A stretch of 9,533 nucleotides of DNA from an uncultured Erysipelotrichaceae bacterium (GTDB taxonomy: Bacteria; Bacillota_I; Bacilli_A; Erysipelotrichales; Erysipelotrichaceae): assembly GCA_964457525.1 (NCBI GenBank), contig CAYWGS010000012.1, positions 1 through 9,533 on the forward strand, given 5' to 3'. Each line of letters opens with the position of its first letter. Within the stretch, counting starts at the first letter, position 1. Below the pieces are notes generated by a model, which was given only the letters and a program-made list of their open reading frames with translations, was not told where the DNA came from and did no database searches. Both the position numbers and the translations under genes were made by a program. Positions 7,901 through 9,533 of this stretch are shown piece after piece.

Positions 7901-9533
7901 TTTCTGCCTTATGTAAGGTTTCTTCTGTAACACGGTTTTCTTCAACTAAGCGACGAGCTAATGCTCTTAAGACTTCTGATTTTTCTTTTAAGTCTTTGAT
8001 TGACTTCAATGTCTTGATTTCATTCGCATGCAATTCACCGAAGATTTCTTTGGATTCTTCTTTGAGTAAATCAAGAATTAAACTTTGTTTCTGCCATGAT
8101 GAAGTTGCTTTACGCAAGATATCATCCAAGCCTTCTTTCTTCTTACGTTCTACGATGCTATCCGCAACGCTACGAATGAAGTCAGATTTTTGCATTGGAT
8201 CTTCAATGGTTTCAATTTTTTGTAAATCATCACTTGGAATGAGGTAATCTAATACACCCCAAGGAATTAAATCAGATACTTTTTCAATCAATGGCTCTTT
8301 GTTCTTAGTAACGTCTTCTGATTCGTATTGTTGTAATACGTCACCTGTAGTTGCTGCTTTGAACGGTTTACCCATCAATCCACGAGTACCAGCTAATTGA
8401 GTAAAGTGAGATGCATTACCACGAGCACCGGATGTTTTCATCATATTAATTGGATTCTTACGAGGTAAATGTGCTTCCAAGTCTTTTCCAATTTCAGATT
8501 TAATACGATCCCATAATAATGTGACATGACGTTCCCACTCACGTGGAGTTAAACGTCCACGTTGACGTAGATCCATCAAACGTGCTTCTTGAATCTTACC
8601 TTGTTCTACAAAGTTAGCCGTATTTGGAGATACAACGATGTCACTTAACGCAACGGTCATACCTGCAATGGTTGAGTACTTAAATCCATTGTCTTTAATC
8701 TTATCTAAGATTTGAGACGTACGAGACGTACCGTAACGATTGAACACTTCGGAAATAATAGTTCCTAAGTCTTTCTTCTTATAGTCTTTACTTACTGGTA
8801 ATTGAGCAACATATTCCTTAACATTCTTACCTTGTTCTAGGAAATAACGTTCTGGAGTTGCTTCGAAGTTTTCTTTTGTAACTTCATTTAAGTATGGGAA
8901 GTCACTTGGGAACATTTCATTGAAAATCAATTTACCAACTGTTGAAATTAAATATGACTTGTTTTGAGTTTCAGTAAATGCATCTTTATTTAATGAACTT
9001 GCTTTAACTGCAATACGAGTGTGTAAATGAATTTGTTTGTTTTCGTAAGCAATGATTGCTTCATTGATATCACGGAAAACATGTCCTTCATTTTCACCAA
9101 ATAAACGCCACATCTTAGCTGCTTCTTTTTCACCTAACGCTTCTAATAGCGCAGCTTTTTCAAAGAATTCAGATGCTTTTTCTTCCATGTTTAAGTAGAA
9201 GTTACCCATAACCATGTCTTGGGATGGTGTAACGATCGGCTTACCATCTTTTGGACCTAGAATATTATTGGAACCTAACATCAACACTTCAGCTTCAGCA
9301 CGTGCTGCTTCGGATAGTGGTACGTGTACTGCCATTTGGTCACCATCAAAGTCCGCATTGAACGCTGGGGTAACAAGTGGGTGTAGACGAATTGCACGTC
9401 CTTCAACAAGTTTTGGCATAAATGCTTGGATACCAAGTCTATGAAGGGTTGGAGCACGGTTAAGTAATACTGGGTGGTTTTGAATAACGGCTTCAACAAC
9501 GTCCCAAACGCGTGGATCTTGACGTTCAATCAA
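4911..9533 (-). CDS. rpoC: DNA-directed RNA polymerase subunit beta-prime, 3' portion (N-terminal ~400 codons outside the window), carrying a large lineage-specific insertion
   Basis: 1540 codons, open to the window edge. The codon at 9531-9533 is an internal TTG (Leu), not a start. Conserved landmarks appear in order. [19 protein letters not shown] comes first, followed by the catalytic NADFDGD (nt 9339-9359). Next are the rim-helix region and [23 protein letters not shown] (to nt 8364). The F-loop/bridge helix [53 protein letters not shown] runs from about nt 6303 to 6461. The Zn-site cysteines follow (CGTD ... [11 protein letters not shown]). The trigger loop [31 protein letters not shown] is at nt 5829-5921. 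The C-terminal landmarks are [12 protein letters not shown] and [45 protein letters not shown]. The stop is TAA at 4911-4913. Confidence 0.97.
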   Translation of the reverse strand: MIERQDPRVWDVVEAVIQNHPVLLNRAPTLHRLGIQAFMPKLVEGRAIRLHPLVTPAFNADFDGDQMAVHVPLSEAARAEAEVLMLGSNNILGPKDGKPIVTPSQDMVMGNFYLNMEEKASEFFEKAALLEALGEKEAAKMWRLFGENEGHVFRDINEAIIAYENKQIHLHTRIAVKASSLNKDAFTETQNKSYLISTVGKLIFNEMFPSDFPYLNEVTKENFEATPERYFLEQGKNVKEYVAQLPVSKDYKKKDLGTIISEVFNRYGTSRTSQILDKIKDNGFKYSTIAGMTVALSDIVVSPNTANFVEQGKIQEARLMDLRQRGRLTPREWERHVTLLWDRIKSEIGKDLEAHLPRKNPINMMKTSGARGNASHFTQLAGTRGLMGKPFKAATTGDVLQQYESEDVTKNKEPLIEKVSDLIPWGVLDYLIPSDDLQKIETIEDPMQKSDFIRSVADSIVERKKKEGLDDILRKATSSWQKQSLILDLLKEESKEIFGELHANEIKTLKSIKDLKEKSEVLRALARRLVEENRVTEETLHKAEISRQLRVTVMELLSKESEMIVDLLNPDQKLELHTINRTKNHEALRNFALTLMDDSSLNLKRVQQAHMLLLVPEFIKKHLEKESSFIKNATSARDIDSLRLKRTNKEEYINVLSEHLVDENRVSMSMLQKLESDIRKEKSSLLAEHLSLATPEIVDLLSDDDKIILKNIKGKKQRSEELKPLVESLMNDLRLDDELLHKAELRKVIVEGLKNQDDFIIELLSAEEILTLNEHKDKKLKADSYKSISDAIIEDGRFSQTQLDEYLALKAMVSKTVSYLEEGAKEVLNLVSESYELDQIERKQFSSIALELIKANRIDQAFLDRLDTKKLIIEMLVSDATEIRNSLTGIQAEILAEAKGKNLELIRGVADNLIAENKVTEEHITKWQRRELISKTRKLIQSDSEKILQYLSPDELKQLKDNSADLEKAYFDLAKKLVDSNKITYKRFLEIKDNEVAYQPEAVGTEVRDAVKVEALRERKYATSIFEVPIYSSFRKGLNVSEFFISTHGVRKGLTDTALKTAESGYLTRRLVDVAQDVLVSEEDCGTDRAYVMEDIVDRKTNSIIESLYDRLVGRYIKEDIYDPKTNELIIESDELVTEDIARRIVEAGIKKVLIRTVFSCESIYGVCKKCYGRNMATGKEVEVGEAIGIMAAQSIGEPGTQLTMRTFHTGGVAAAEGGDITQGLPRVEELFEARRPKKPALLAKISGTVTKIEGVDPNIYSYLLSVVNTEEQKFKKIRDLESFKTQEGSDESRGNKDLLMRIVISNEKEDVEHFASLTQHIRPWIKEGTVIEAGDKLTEDHIDPKELLEVGGVHSVQNYIMKEVKKVYQSQGIEISDKHIEVMIKQMLRKVVVTDGRDTHLSAGVQLSLPNITNINKKVLLSGKRPATFKPVLLGISKSSVETDSFLSAASFQETTKVLTDASIKGKVDHLLGLKENVIIGKLIPAGTGSHTSRESSIEITRMAAEMKEKREEVNRRLQEELTLPPEMIRDGKEEETEY
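6468..8363 (-). other. ~632-codon in-frame insertion domain within rpoC (window-ORF aa 391-1022)
   Basis: The insertion is bounded by conserved ...RGLMGKP (aa 384-390) and TSIFEVPI... (aa 1023-1030). In E. coli (KPDGSIIETPI) and B. subtilis (NPAGRIIELPI), recalled from memory, these two blocks are adjacent. The insert shares frame and codon style with the flanks. It is rich in E/K/L/D/I/S, has few Gly/Pro, and contains no Cys that I can see. Confidence 0.9.
6525..8264 (-). repeat. Nine tandem, diverged protein-level repeats (~57-70 aa each) forming the body of the rpoC insertion
   Basis: Approximate units (aa / nt) are as follows. R1 is 424-493 / 8055-8264, R2 is 494-560 / 7854-8054 and R3 is 561-625 / 7659-7853. 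R4 is 626-693 / 7455-7658, R5 is 694-756 / 7266-7454 and R6 is 757-822 / 7068-7265. R7 is 823-879 / 6897-7067, R8 is 880-943 / 6705-6896 and R9 is 944-1003 / 6525-6704. Motif A recurs in each unit: [90 protein letters not shown]. Motif B recurs in R2-R9 and only weakly in R1: [144 protein letters not shown]. The motif-B anchor positions are aa 533, 599, 664, 733, 796, 856, 917 and 981, giving intervals of 60-69 aa. Confidence 0.8.

Noticed and set aside
6525-8264. Nucleotide-level tandem repeats that could drive slippage or phase variation in repeat number.
   Set aside because: The protein repeats are very diverged, and the corresponding codons differ. An example is gaagaaaaccgtgttacagaagaaacc versus gcagaaaataaagtaacagaagaacac. 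I found no long identical DNA tracts by eye, although a dot-plot would be needed to be certain.
6468-8363. The rpoC insertion as an intein, homing endonuclease or other mobile element.
   Set aside because: The N-terminal junction has no Cys/Ser/Thr nucleophile (KP|FKAAT). The C-terminal junction has no His-Asn followed by Cys/Ser/Thr (RKYA|TSIF). There are no LAGLIDADG, HNH or GIY-YIG motifs, no transposase-like sequence and no flanking DNA repeats. The content is a helical repeat array instead.
6468-8363. The insertion as an assembly chimera or a frameshift-fused separate gene.
   Set aside because: Both junctions are in the same frame, and the conserved beta-prime sequence resumes at the point where it left off. 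There are no stops or internal start/RBS signals, and codon style matches the flanks. It cannot be fully excluded without reads, so read confirmation is listed as a check.
9531-9533. The 'M' at the start of the 1540-aa ORF in the track as the rpoC start codon.
   Set aside because: The codon is TTG within conserved beta-prime sequence ([17 protein letters not shown]...[13 protein letters not shown]), which lies about 400 residues into typical beta-prime proteins. The gene continues beyond the window.
1-9533. Mollicutes-type genetic code (UGA = Trp), given the low GC content and the Mollicutes-like appearance.
   Set aside because: Conserved Trp positions use TGG (for example EF-Tu DPKWEAK). 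No in-frame TGA interrupts any of the conserved genes, and every gene ends in TAA. The standard bacterial code fits.
1-9533. tRNA or rRNA genes, CRISPR arrays, IS elements or a defence/accessory gene cluster.
   Set aside because: About 96 percent of the window is covered by six well-supported conserved genes. The short intergenic regions contain only promoter, RBS and terminator-type signals.

Overview
This window is a housekeeping locus from a low-GC, Gram-positive-type bacterium. It uses the standard genetic code: Trp is TGG and all six stops in the window are TAA. The + strand carries the 3' end of a PLP-dependent aminotransferase gene (1-399). Convergent on the - strand are the distal ~4.6 kb of rpoC (open at the window edge) and the str operon rpsL-rpsG-fusA-tuf. 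The intergenic signals are readable: a TTGACA-17-TATTAT promoter upstream of rpsL, AGGAGG-type RBSs, and hairpin terminators. The unusual feature is inside rpoC. About 632 codons (nt ~6468-8363) sit in frame between '[12 protein letters not shown]' and '[27 protein letters not shown]' (F-loop and bridge helix), where E. coli and B. subtilis beta-prime have only about five residues. The insert consists of nine tandem, highly diverged helical repeats of ~57-70 aa with a recurring two-part motif, and I do not recognise it as any named domain. Two smaller expansions and a charged C-terminal tail also enlarge this beta-prime. I saw no tRNA or rRNA genes, CRISPR arrays, IS elements or nucleotide-level repeats. 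All comparisons to reference proteins are from memory, not computed alignments.
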